From Azolla caroliniana (lineage: Eukaryota > Plantae > Polypodiophyta), in NCBI GenBank assembly GCA_043228905.1, contig JBHGNT010000027.1, positions 248,001 to 312,000 on the forward strand: a stretch of 64,000 bases of DNA, read 5' to 3'. Below, in pieces: positions 37,052-51,645 of the stretch. The notes under the pieces were generated by a model. It was not told the origin of the DNA. It did no database searches and was given only the letters and a program-made list of their open reading frames with translations. The first letter of the stretch is position 1, and the number at the start of each line of letters is the position of its first letter. Position numbers and translations under genes: made by a program.

Positions 37052-37205
37052 GAAAGTGCACATTAGATTATATACCTACGGAATGCTTTGCCCTTGTTCA
37101 GGGCGGGCTAGCGGGTTCTTCCTTTCAACCGAACCTGCATCATGCTTCGGTCACTTTTCGCTATATTGGTATATGGGATTACTTGCCCCTTTTCACTTCT
37201 TTTTA

Positions 37206-37231
37206 AACAGCCATGATTATAAAGAACCAAT
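37206..37231 (+). promoter_or_regulatory. conserved 5' leader motif upstream of the atp6/rps2 fusion start
   Basis: AACAGCCATGATTATAAAGAAC, 66 nt before ATG 37272. Confidence 0.5.
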
Positions 37232-37271
37232 CTCAGATTTTTATGAAACCCTGCCTGAACTGAACTTTATC

Positions 37272-38126
37272 ATGGCTTGCAGTCCACTTGAATAATTTGC
37301 TACTGTTCTATCAGTTTTCAAACGGATACATAGATTTTGAACATCGAAGAAAGAAAGCATATTATGCGCCGCTCTACCGTATGAAATGGAAAAAGGAAAG
37401 AAAGAGTATTATTCCAAAAAGGAAAAGAAAGTCATTTTTTAAAGATTACCGAATACAAGCGCACATTCGGGCTATTAGGGACCCCCAACTCCATATTATT
37501 AAAGATATTTATACGGATTTAGACGCGGAAGGGCTATTATTGATTTGGAAAAAACACTTTTATTCTTGAAGATTGCTTGTAATGCGATTGGATCTATCAT
37601 TCGTAAGGAGGGCCATTTATTGTTGGTGAATATTGATCTTTTGTACGATGACACAATGAAAAAAATGGCGAGAAGGACCAATTAAAGTCATATCAATTCC
37701 AAATGGATTGGTGGTTTCTTAATCAATTGGGAACATATGAAACATGAAGAACGCTTTAAGTATTCATCCACGTGGCGGCATTCTAGTCTACGTTTTTTAA
37801 AGATGTAAAGATATTTCGAAGGACTGATAACATGCTAAATTTCAGATAGTTTAGTTATACCGAATGCACGTAAAGATTTCATAGCTATATTTGAAGCTAA
37901 TTGATCATGAATATTTATTGCATTCCTGGTGGATTCTACTCTCCTAGAGGGATTACATAGGTTAGTTATTTATCTCATTCTGGTAAATAATGATTCCGTG
38001 TGGTTCACAAATCCATTTTGCTAATTGGTCACGAAAATAGTCATTCATTCGAAAAAGGCTTGAGAACCCAGCAGAAAAGCCAGTAAAATAAGGAAAATTC
38101 AAAAAAGAAAAAAGAATACCCACTAG
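37272..38126 (+). CDS. rps2: ribosomal protein S2 with an atp6-derived N-terminus (alternative start 37386; stop at 38063 or 38126)
   Basis: YLYGFR..AIIDLEKTL; KWIGGFLINW; in-frame upstream MACSPLE(Q)FA. Confidence 0.85.
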
Positions 38127-39077
38127 AAAGGATGCTAGTTGCTGTCTCTCACCTCTTCAGAGCGGCACCAGAAATCAAGCAAGAACCAGTATTATTCGTC
38201 ACCTTACTATGCGTCCCTTTGCCATTCTTTGCGATGGCGAAAGCGGCTCCAGATGAGAAAAAGAGCCCAGCACAGCCCTGGAATTTGGGCTTGATACACT
38301 GGGAGGTTATAAACAGTCACACCCGCAGAGAGCGGCTGGGCGGTAAGTTGGAGGGAGTTTTCTGCAACAACTTTAACTTTCGCAGCTAACAGAAATCTCC
38401 TCTGTCCTAGAAGATGACGTTAGATCAAACCTATGCTCTCAGGCGCTTCTAACGTCCTACAAAACCGAAATCAAGTCAACAACGCCGCAAGCAATTAGTG
38501 ACCTCAGTTCAGCTAGCAGGAAATATGATACTGGGATAGGGTAGCAGGCACTATCGCGAGGCGCTCCCCTATCCCAATGGGACTACAGGAAAGTCCGCAA
38601 TGCAATATTGTGGAGAATGAATTAACCCCATTAAGGCAACCACGAAAGCATACCGCTTACGGTTTGATGAGTCTGATCTCGAGCGAGAATGAATTATCAT
38701 TTTGTTCTGAGAATTCATCTGTTGGCTCAGCTCCTGGGGATGTAGAGGGCTAAAAGTAACAACAACTTGGTTATGGAAAATTGTCTTCAATTAAGTCATT
38801 TTTTATCCTATACGTCGGGGCGGGGTCCGCCCCCTCCCACGCCAATTGAACCAGTTAAAGGGAAGACAAGATCGACCCTCAACCATGCTGCTTTTACGGC
38901 ATGCTCTTCCTTTCTTCCTGTGCTTGTTCTCTTCAGTCTAAGCTACGTAACTCCTCCCTTCAGTCCAAACCTTCGTCCCAATTCGTAAGCCTTCGCTTGA
39001 CCGCAGTCCCTCGGTAGAAATGGGTTTGGTTTTCCCATAGCCATGATCTGTAGCCATCCTTTGTCCTATTTGTCAGT

Positions 39078-39148
39078 TGCGGATAACGGGAGTCGAACCC
39101 ATATCCTCTGCTTGGAAGGCAGATAATCTACCGTTAATCTATATCCGC
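39078..39148 (-). tRNA. trnG: tRNA-Gly(UCC)
   Basis: GCGGATA...TATCCGC cloverleaf, anticodon TCC. Confidence 0.95.
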
Positions 39149-39559
39149 CTAAGTTTCGTTTCCGAAAGGAGGGGTATTATGAAGAAAGAGATCATTCCTA
39201 TAATACAAATCGGCCGAAGCGCGGGGCCTTCTATGCGCGCGCAAAGACTTTGCCCCGCTCAAGCACCTAGTAGAATGCGAGTGATGGATCATTTGTGTTC
39301 AATTCGTTTCATATACGATAATTCATGGAACGCTATCGATGAAAATTTTCTGTTCGTATCTCTCCAATTCAAGAGCAATCAAGCCAAACTGCAGAGCCAC
39401 CATTCGACCCTGCCTCTACAGGTACAAAGAAGGATGTAGCGGGAAGGGAAAAGGGCCTAGAAAGAAAGTCTTATGTCCTTGCAGCAAGCAAGTCGCAGCA
39501 ATGCAATGAAGGCCTTCGCTTTGTCGTCGTCTTTCGATCTATACGTTTTTCGAACTCCA

Positions 39560-39592
<33 letters not shown>

Positions 39593-39947
39593 GCTTTAGG
39601 CTTTAGCGAGGTTCATGAAATCTCGAAGAAAGCAGCAAGCAGCTGGGGTCTTTGAATAGTTAACGTCTCACAGGTCATGAGGCGGCTCGAAAGTCAAAGA
39701 ATGTATATGATACTAACCGTACATTTTCCCTTCCCGCGCTGGTAGCTCAACTGTTAACCGCTTCATCCGCGATTGGTCTACGGTTTCAATCCCTTCATGC
39801 GCTTCATGAAGAAGCGCTTCCTCCTCGCGCATAGCGCTTCATCCGGCCGGGCCGGGCCGGGCCGGGCCGGGCCGGCATTTACCCAACTTGGAATTAACTT
39901 CATCAAGTCAGTACAGTTAACGAAAGGACGCTGGCGCTTCCCTTTGA

Positions 39948-40165
39948 GATTCCCTCCAGCCACAGGTTCCCCTACGACTACCATGTTACGACTTCACCCC
40001 AGTCACTGACCCAACCGTGATATGCGCCAAGAAGACCACCAATACCAAAATGGGCCACACTCAACTAGGCATGGAACACTTTAGTAATGGGTGATCTCTG
40101 GTCGATGCTTCGGGCGAAACCAATTCCCAGGGTGTGACGGGCGGTGTGTACGGGGCCCGAGTACA

Positions 40166-40215
<50 letters not shown>

Positions 40216-40651
40216 TTCTCGAGTTGCAGAGAACAATCCGAACTGAGGCAATCTTTCTGGATTCGCTCCGCCTTACGGCCCTGCTTCCTATTGTAATTGC
40301 CATTGTAGCACGTGTGTAGCCCAGCCCATAAGGGCCATGCGGACTTGACGTCATCCTCACCTTCCTCCATAGTAGAACTACGGGCAGTCTCTTGTGAGTG
40401 CAACATCGGCACAGAGGGAGTGTCATCAATCCTGGCTAACCGCTGACTGAACACAGATTCATGGGCAGGTACCGATGAAGCGGCTCACTTACCACCGGCT
40501 CGCTCGTCGGAACCTCAAGTTCGTCGGAAGCCAGCCCATGTTCTATGTTCCTGCTTGCCGAGGGTGAATGATGACATTGATCCTCTGGGAGCAGCATATC
40601 TTAGCAACACAAAACGAGGGTTTCGCTCGTTATAGGAGTTAACCAAAAACG

Positions 40652-40690
<39 letters not shown>

Positions 40691-40797
40691 ATGAATTTTC
40701 GTTTCATCCCGTTAAGGACAAGCACACCGGTTCATATGTCAAGTGTTCATACGTCAAGTGTTCATATGTCAAGGGCTGGTAAGGTTTTGCGCGTTGT

Positions 40798-40830
<33 letters not shown>

Positions 40831-40950
40831 AGGCCCCCGTCAATTCCTTTGAGTTTCAGTCTTGCGACCGTACTCCCCAGGCGGAGTGTTTAACGCGTTA
40901 GCTGGGCCCCCGATCCGCGGACCAAGGACGAACACTCATCGTTTACGGCA

Positions 40951-40986
<36 letters not shown>

Positions 40987-41226
40987 AGCTTTCGCACCTC
41001 AGCGTCAGTAGAGACCCAGAAAGCTGCCTTCGCTACTTCGGCGTTCCTTCGTATATCTCCGGATTTTATCCCTACACACGAAATTCCACTCCCCTCTGTC
41101 CCACTCGAGTAAATTGGTTTTGAAAGCATTCCGCCAGTTGAGCTGGCGCCTTTGACTTTCAACCTGATTCACTGCCTACGTGCCCTTTACGCCCAGTCAT
41201 TCCGAATAACACTTGCCCCCCCCGTC

Positions 41227-41262
<36 letters not shown>

Positions 41263-41418
41263 CTTCTTCGAGTCTTGTCATAATCGCGTACTCGACGAAA
41301 GAGCTTTACAAGCGGCATTGCCCTTCCTCGCTAACGCGACGTTTTTCACTCACTCACGCGATATTGCTGGATCGGGCTTTCGCCCATTGTCCGATATTCC
41401 CCACTGCTGCCTCCCTAC

Positions 41419-41456
<38 letters not shown>

Positions 41457-41564
41457 GTCCGAAAAGATCAGCTAAGCATCTGCGGCTTGGTCAGCCTTTA
41501 CCCAACCAACTACCTAATACTACGCAGGCTCATCAAACAGCGCTTTTTAGCTTTATCGAAAAGC

Positions 41565-41600
<36 letters not shown>

Positions 41601-41770
41601 AGCTGCTTTCGTTTCTTTGGGATTCGGCCCAAACTGTTTGGCAGATTCCCACGCGTTACGCACCCGTTCGCCACTTTGTCTTCAACTGTTCTATAGACGA
41701 AAACAACGTTCGACTTGCATGTGTTAAGCATATCGCTAGCGTTCATTCTGAGCCAGGATCAAACTCGGTT
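39948..41770 (-). rRNA. rrnS: mitochondrial small-subunit (18S) rRNA; ends approximate
   Basis: Universal motifs GAGTTTGATCCTGGCTCAG, GTGCCAGCAGCCGCGGTAA, GTACACACCGCCCGTCACAC, AAGTCGTAAC. Confidence 0.97.
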
Positions 41771-41813
41771 TTTTGGTCAATTTCTGCCATACGAGGCAGG
41801 TTGATGAATTCAT

Positions 41814-42653
41814 GTGCAATATTTGAATTTTGGTGTGACTCTTGGTTGGAGAAGGCCACACCACAGTTGGTCTCTTCTCCATAAGCCGGACCGCCAACGT
41901 CAAGGCGAGATCACATTGGTCCAGTCCCCGCATAGCCAGTGGAAGGGTGAGGTGCATCCACTCAGATAGCATGGGGAGGTCGAATGACTGCGGCCACGTC
42001 AATCCGCTTCTTTTCTTTTCTTGTTGGGCCGCGCCGCAATTGTCTAGCTTCTGCTACCAACTCCCCCATCGGGCCGTCTGACTTTACCGTAGCCGATAAG
42101 TAGCGTTAATCGTCTTCATCGCGCTGATGAAGCAGCGGGTTCATCCACCACCTTGGTTCTTCCCCGCAAGCAACTTCCGCCGTATTATCCATAGCTGTTC
42201 ATCAAGAAGGCCTAGAGTTAGTTTTCCGATAAGATTCAAGCTACAATTTCAAACAGCACCTTTTCTTCATGAAGCGCAAGAAAACTGCACTGCGGAAGAA
42301 GAAGAAGCGGTAAAAAGTGTAATATAAATGGCTACCAAAGTTCTTCTTTTGAACTTTCAAGAAGGCCTGAATATTCATGGATTATTATACGATAATCTTT
42401 AATGCGGCTCAGATTGCGGAAAGAATTGAATGCTGGAATTTCGAAATTCCGTTGGTAAAATTCAGAAGGATCATGCAAGAAGGCAATATCATCTTCTGGC
42501 CATAATCTGCGAATCCAGCAAAGCAAAGCAAAGCAGCACTTTTCTTTTCACTTTAAACCGAGCCGGCGGCAATCTTGATGAATCACTGGCAAGAAGATGC
42601 TTTGCACTTTTCTTTCCACTTTAAAGCAGCAATCTTTGAACTCGGAAATGGCA
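41814..42653 (+). repeat. partial, slightly diverged copy of the 1.7-kb repeat upstream of rrnS
   Basis: Matches ~8728-9566 with a small indel near 42031. Confidence 0.9.
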
Positions 42654-42949
42654 CTTTTCCCTGCAAGCCTGAAACGCACGCCTTCCCCAAAAGAAAAGCG
42701 GAACCACCTAACGAGTATTTTAAACAGCAAGCATGATGAACCGGCATGTTCATCAAACCAAACAGGTTCTTCATGCATGCATGAAGGCCTTCATGATGAT
42801 GAAAACCGCTTCATTGGAATGTCACCGTCTCATTGACAACACGAATGATAACGAATTGACAATATGAATAGTCACGTTAGTTTCCCATTCTTAAGCATGG
42901 ATTATTATACAATAATCTTCATTTGCTTTTTTACTGTTGACAACATGTA

Positions 42950-43023
42950 GTGCGGGGGCAGGGTTTGAACCCGCAGTCTTCAGGTCATGAGCCTGACGAG
43001 TTGGCCATTTACTCCACCCCGCA
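42950..43023 (-). tRNA. trnfM: initiator tRNA-fMet(CAU)
   Basis: GCGGGG acceptor; TCAGGCTCATGACCTGA anticodon arm typical of plant mt trnfM. Confidence 0.92.
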
Positions 43024-43395
43024 AGCAAGCAAGCAATTGATCTCTCTCTAGCGAATCGGAATTTATTTTAGAAAAAAAGAAGCCAGAAAATAGATTGCCA
43101 TAGCCATGGGTTCAAACCTTTCCCCGAAGCTGCCGGCCGAAATCAACCGTTGCCAGTCGTTGTGTCCAACGAAGCTACGCGTAATGACTGTCCCTACCAA
43201 AAGACAAACAAACAAAGCATTTCTATAGGAGGTAACTGGGCCAATTCCCGCAAACCACCTATAGGTTAGGTGGCGGTGATCTATCGGCTTGTTCAATTCC
43301 CGCCGTTATCCGCTCACCCGCCTAACGCTCCTACAAACAAAAGGGAGGGTCTCCTTAGTAATTACGTGAGGGGGCCTCCTTCCCCATCTCTTGAA

Positions 43396-45847
<2,452 letters not shown>

Positions 45848-45894
45848 TCCCTTTCTCTTCCGTCGAATCCCTTTCCTCGGCACTTTATACCCAG

Positions 45895-45920
45895 GGCAGT
45901 CTCCTGCATTCATGGCAGTT
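45895..45920 (-). promoter_or_regulatory. conserved 5' leader motif upstream of atp1 (longer copy at 50459-50509)
   Basis: AACTGCCATGAATGCAGGAGAC, 73 nt before the ACG. Confidence 0.55.
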
Positions 45921-46494
45921 CCTAGCAAGAAAGAGATGGGAAAGGGAAGTAACCTCACGACGAGGTGAACCATGTCATTGATATAGAGGGGAGGGATCGG
46001 ACCTTCCCCCAGTGTTGGTTTGCATTATAAAGAAAGTAAGTTTTGACAGAATAGACTGGGTGAATGAAGCGCTAAAGCCGTGTATCCGTAGCTATGCAGA
46101 GACGGAGAGAAATAGATATATACAACTGAAAGGTGAGGGACTACGCGGAGGGAGGGCATCCACATAGCTCTAAATCATAGGATCAAATTCCAGAGTGAGC
46201 CCCGCAGTGCAACTACCTTTCGCGGAGCCGACTCTTTCGATCGATTGGCAAAAAAAAATGGATATTTGTCGTATGGAGAAATTGGATGAACGAATAGACG
46301 AGTAAGGTATTAACTAAACTGCAATTATTCTAATTTGAGTCGACTTTTTCCATTCCATCTCCCCGCTTCGCTGCTCTATTCGGGTTTATTCCTTCGCCTT
46401 GCTCGAGCCAAGCCTTCCATGACCTGCTGGGCTGTAGGACCAATCCAAACCTTCTGACGTTGGTGAGTAGAGACAAATAGCTCTATGGTGGTAT

Positions 46495-46941
46495 TTAGAC
46501 ACGACGTTTTTTAGGGGGTCAGCATCCATTATGTAGCATTGGGATTACGTCGTGAATTCTGATAGTAACAGGACCTCCCTCTTTTGAACTTTTCGGCGAA
46601 AATCCCTTTCTTACAAGACCAATTCCTTTTATTTTCACTTCAACTGACCTAATTTCGGGTTAAGTGGCAGCTTACGCGACACGTTCCGCAGTTGCTTAAG
46701 CTGCATACTTGTCCGAGCGACGGAAACCCTTAAACCCTCTTGAACAACCTGAGGAGGACCCTGTTCTTTCATCTCCCTTGCAATTTATTATGATAATGAA
46801 AGTATTACTAAAAGTTGGTTAAGTATGGGCAATACCGTGGTGCTTTCTTGGCTTTTAGTGGTGTTTTCCCCATTTCTGTTAGCGGCGCGGCTACTATTAC
46901 TAGTGTTCAGAAGGCTGCTTTTACATAATTGTATTCTTCAT
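46495..46941 (-). CDS. rps11: ribosomal protein S11 (start 46941 or 46926)
   Basis: GFKGFRRS..YAA(Q)ATAE; HNGC(R)PPKKRRV*. Confidence 0.88.
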
Positions 46942-47024
46942 TTCTATTCCTTCGGTTTCGTTTTCTTCCTGGCGTCTTGCCTTCTCTCATTTTTGTGAAT
47001 GAAAAACGAATTATTCTTCTTTCG

Positions 47025-47387
47025 TTGATTGATTGAAACTTTTCTTGACTTGCGACAGATCTTAACATTGCTGTAGGTTCATTAACCACGTAATGGCAAT
47101 CCTGCTTTGTGACGGAATCCGCGGTAACGGCTGATATTAATTAATCATTTGATATATTACTAAATTTCTCTCTTTAATTCCGAATCAACTAGGAAATTGT
47201 TTCAACGTACTATTATGCTAATCTGGTCAATTTAGTGCCGAGTCAGATTACTAACCTTAGTGTTATCGCCGGGACCTGATTAATCACAAACCCAAGTGGC
47301 TTTTTTGGGTCCAGTTCCGGAGATTTAGGTTGAGGCAAGTCTGACTTATTTATTGGAAACTGATTTGGTTCCTGGAATATATGACGC
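47025..47387 (-). CDS. rps13: ribosomal protein S13 (GCG start and CAA stop both need editing)
   Basis: SYIPGT; GPKKA; YRGFRHKAGLPLRG(QR)T; 120 aa. Confidence 0.88.
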
Positions 47388-47390
47388 GAT

Positions 47391-47690
47391 TTGTTTCTTT
47401 TCTCCTTGTTTTCTACGTATAATTTCATTTCAATATTTTATACCTCTTCCTTTATGAACTTCAGGGGGTTTACAATTTTTGACGCTAACAGCGGATTAAG
47501 TAACTTTTCAGGGATCCGTTCCGGTACAACGAGTGATATTATGTTTCAAGCGGAAAACACAAACCGAAGGCGTGACCTAGAGTCAAATCTCATAGCTGAA
47601 CCCTAGTTTTGAATCTGAAACAGAGCCTTATGGGTTAGTACTGACTTTGTATCCAATTGTTTACGAAGAACAAACGGATTAAGCTTCCGT
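47391..47690 (-). CDS. rpl6: ribosomal protein L6
   Basis: ACG start MEA; GYKVSTNP(Q)GS; KLGFS; CKPPEVHKGRGI; QGEKK followed by CAA (edited stop); rpl6-rps13-rps11 order. Confidence 0.88.
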
Positions 47691-47721
47691 AGACTTGACT
47701 TGATTTCGTTGTGGCTTCTTG

Positions 47722-47747
47722 TTCCGTTCTCGATATTCATGGCAGTT
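47722..47747 (-). promoter_or_regulatory. conserved 5' leader motif upstream of rpl6
   Basis: AACTGCCATGAATATCGAGAACGGAA, 57 nt before the ACG. Confidence 0.55.
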
Positions 47748-48433
47748 TTTTTGTTTGCGCTGGGATTACAGTATAATAATGAAAAGGTAGCTGCTTTCTT
47801 TGTCGACGCTTTGCGCTCAGCGGACGGAATGCGGGAAGACAGGTGCGTGCGTGCCGTGCCGTGCCGTGCCGTGCCGTGCCGTGCCGTGCCGCCGAAGGGG
47901 AGCAAGCTGCGAAACAGGGCGGGAAGCAGCCTAGTAGAGTAGTTGGATTGTTCATGCACTCACATGAACCCATTACTCGAGATATTTCGAAAGTGACGCC
48001 CAAAACTGAAACTCCTTACCTAGCACCAGTAACAGTCAATCCGTAACATTGCAGGATAATAAGCTGGGACCCGGAGATTCGTCTTTGGGTCGTAAAGGCG
48101 GCCAAAGCCAGCCACTAAGCAACGCTCTTTCAATGCTTTACGTTCGTTTTCCGGGCGAAGTCTGGTCTGATCTTACGACCTTCTAAGCTAAGCGTTAGAT
48201 TTTACTAGCCTCTGTTCGGTCTGTAAGGTCAACTTGTGCCTGTAGCTCGAGCACCAAACTTCGAATCCGGGATAGTTCGAATCTCTCCGGGCATGGACCT
48301 ATCGATGAGTCATCGAAGTCTCAAGTCAATAGTTCCAAGGGAACCGCAATGAAGTCTTCATTGCGGTTCTTCCCCCGAAAGCTATAGCGCTTTCTCTACG
48401 GGGGAAGAACCGCACTCGGCTCTGGTTCCGCTG

Positions 48434-48505
48434 GCGGAAATAGCTTAATGGTAGAGTATAGCCTTGCCAAGGCTGGAGTTGAGGGTTCGAGTCCCTTTTT
48501 CCGCT
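48434..48505 (+). tRNA. trnG: tRNA-Gly(GCC), IR copy
   Basis: Mirror of 16315-16386. Confidence 0.95.
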
Positions 48506-50529
48506 TGCAGAATTGCGTCTTACGGTCACGCGAAATTGACTAGAGAAACAGTCTGAATTACTCCTGTGCGGTTCCTCCGGGATGAACCGGCGGGCGCGTG
48601 AAAAGTGGCGATTTGATTGATTCCCGCCCGAACCAACCGCGATACAATCATGGCCATAGACAACGCCAAGCAGTTGCAGCTCCTCAACGGTTGAAAGGAT
48701 ACGAAGCGATCAGCTAGCGTTCGTACTTCGAGAATACAAAGCAAAGCCTCGATTACCACAGCTGCAATAAGCGAAGAGAATACGATACGATCAGCACGAA
48801 GCGGGGATTCCCAATCTCAGTGAACATCGGTACCAACTATGCCTACAGCGGCAGCGTAGCAAACCTTTGGGTTCGGGACTGGTTGCAGCAAGTACCATAG
48901 GGACTGATTGCAGCAGGTACCGGACTAGTGCTTCGGGACCGATCTAGGACCACAGGGATTGGATTCCGTAGGGATAGCTTCATATCCTCCTTGCCGTATA
49001 GATATCACCTAGCGAACTCCAGGGACTGATCGAACCCACCGGTACCTACGGGTTATCATTCTCGAAGTTGTTTTCTCTGCAAGAATAGGCCGCAGCCTAT
49101 GCTATCTGTACGGCTACTTCTCTGCCGGCCTTTGATCAGAAGCAAGTGAAAGAGACCGGCCATTCTATAACCGAAATTCTTTTCTGCTGCACTGGTTCAT
49201 CGGGCCGCCTCGACTAACGGCAGCATGAAGGCCGTTTATCCGCCAAAAAAGTGGTGCCGTGGCGAAGTCAATAAAACAGCGCAATGAGTGAGATTGCCCG
49301 TTATCCGCCTCACAGACAGCGGAAAGGCCTTCACCTGCGCTAATAAAACTTAGCAGCAAGCAAGTTCTTCCGCATCCGCAAGAAGGGGGCAAGCAAGCAA
49401 GCAAGCAAGCAAGCAATTTGCGCAGCTAGGTTGGGCGGTTCTCTGTCTGCGTAGAGGGCATAATCCGTGTTTGGCTATCGACTCAAATTACAAGTGGTGA
49501 CGGCTAAACTGTACAGTCATGCCGTAAATCACTATCCTTCACCGTTTCCCTGGCTGGAACGAAAGTTTATAGAAAGAAAGCCAAAATTAATTAATATTGG
49601 AGTAGCCATGGTTGATTGCAATGAGAGTGATTATACGCGACCTGGAGTTGAGTTCGAACATGTATGCAATAAGGTGCTAAAGTACTTGGTTGGCTTGAAG
49701 ATAAGTATATCGTAGAACTTGTTAACAATCCATTGGGCTACTTTAGAGAAAGTGAATTTATTTAGGAGGAGGCGAAGGACGCACGAAAGGAGGTAGACTT
49801 TTGGTGTTACTTTAGGGAAAGCCCATCAGTTCGGTTCCTAATAAACATTCACTCGTTACGGGATTCCGGGCGTCAAGGTGTGGATTTTACTTCATTAAAA
49901 GGAAACCGACCATTCTTTCTCATGAGAACCCATATATCATCCAGGGCGAAAGTCTTATGTAGTGTCTTGCTAAAATACCTTGGCGTTGTGAAGGATTTTT
50001 TTCTTTACAATCACTAGTTTAATAGGAAATAACTTTATTCTTTTTCTTTTCTAAGCTGTTTTTGTTACGAACCAATCTGTTGCTTACTGCCTGCGCGGAT
50101 ACGGGCCTTCGAGCAAGCAGTGAACGCAGCACCAGTCAATTCCTCGCCGCCGGCTTCACCCGGATGAACCGCTTTCAGGCACGACTTACGGGCAGAGAGT
50201 TTCTACACCATCCTCTAGGGCCCATATCCGCTCGCGAGGACCGACCTGGAAAATCAGTACAAGTTCTTCAAAGATATTTTAGCAAGGGACAAACTAAATC
50301 CTCAGGTCGGGTGGGATGGCACTACTGGCAAATACTGTCTGGCAAAGACGCAGGCGCGAAGCGTGGTAGGCCCGCTAGCGTTTTTTTTGCTTGCCGAAAG
50401 CATACAAGAAAAGCCGGGTATATACGGGAACCGACTCCTTGTTGTTTTTGCAACCATAGGAACTGCCATGAATGCAGGAGACTGCCCTAGGTATAAAGCA
50501 CCGAGGAAAAGAAACAGATTGGATAAGAC

Positions 50530-50847
50530 ATGCCCATAGTCATAAACAGCTTAGAAAGATTATAGACCGAATTGCACGAGGACATCGCAACTCTTTAAAA
50601 TAACAACGAAGAGTTGTTCCCGCAGGTGCTCCTCAATCTGTCGTAGAATACACTACCCGATCTTTCGGGTGGCCTAGAAATCCTGAAAGATCTAGAAGTC
50701 TCTTCGGTTGTGGAACTGATTATTGGATTTTAGGATTTCTTCATTCCGATTGTATTTGCAATAGGATTCATCTCCCTTACATTGATTATAGTAGCCAAGA
50801 CTCTTTCATGTACAAACCGTTTCGTGTGAATTCATTAAATAAATAAC
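50530..50847 (+). CDS. putative editing-dependent ORF (106 codons) in frame with cox3; mirror at 13973-14290 (-)
   Basis: ATG lies 69 nt after an atp1-type leader; amphipathic N-part and one hydrophobic helix; six stop codons would need U-to-C editing. Confidence 0.35.
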
Positions 50848-51645
50848 ACGAGTGTCTCCTAAGAGCATCCCTATCATCCGGTGGATTCAAGTCCATGGTC
50901 TCTCCTGGGGTTACTCGGAGCCTTAGCAAGCACCATCGGTGCTGTTATGTATATGCATTCATTCGCGGGAGACGGAACACTCCTCACTTTAGGCCTAAGC
51001 TTGATCTTATACACCATGTTTGTATGGCGGCGCGATGTTACATGTGAATTTACTTACGAAGGACGTCATACCAAAGTGGTATAATTAGGGCTTCGCTACG
51101 GTTTTCTCTTGTTTATCGTCTCGGAGGTTATGTCTCTTCTAGCCTTTTTTTGGGCTTTCTTTTATTTATCTTTGGCACTCGCGGTAGAGATCGGAGCTAT
51201 TCGGCCCCCCAAAGGAGTTGAGGTTTTAAATCCCTGGGGAATCCCTTTTCTAAATACCCTTATTCTCCTTTCCTCTGGAGCTGCCGTGACTTGGGCTCAT
51301 CATGCCATACTCGCAGGTTTAAAATAATAAGCGGTTCACGCTTTAGTAGCTATCGTTCGGCTGGCTCCAGTTCCCACCGGGTTTTAGGGAATGGAATATT
51401 ACGAAGCACTCTTCATCATTTCCGACGGTATTTATGGTTTTACTTTCCTCTTAGCCATCGGGTCTTATGGGTCCTACGTTACTACAGGGACCATTCTCTC
51501 GACGATACGCGGTATTTGTTAATATATAGGTCATTTTAGTCCTTCGCATCACTTCGGCTTCGAAGCAGCTGCTCGGTACCGGCATTCTGTGGACGTGGTT
51601 CGGTCATTTCCATCTGTCCCTATCTATTGGTGGGGGGGCTTATGA
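50848..51645 (+). CDS. cox3: cytochrome c oxidase subunit 3 (IR copy)
   Basis: Mirror of 13175-13972. Confidence 0.95.

Noticed and set aside
40065-41884. ORFs up to 223 aa in this interval
   Set aside because: They overlap rrnS and are spurious.
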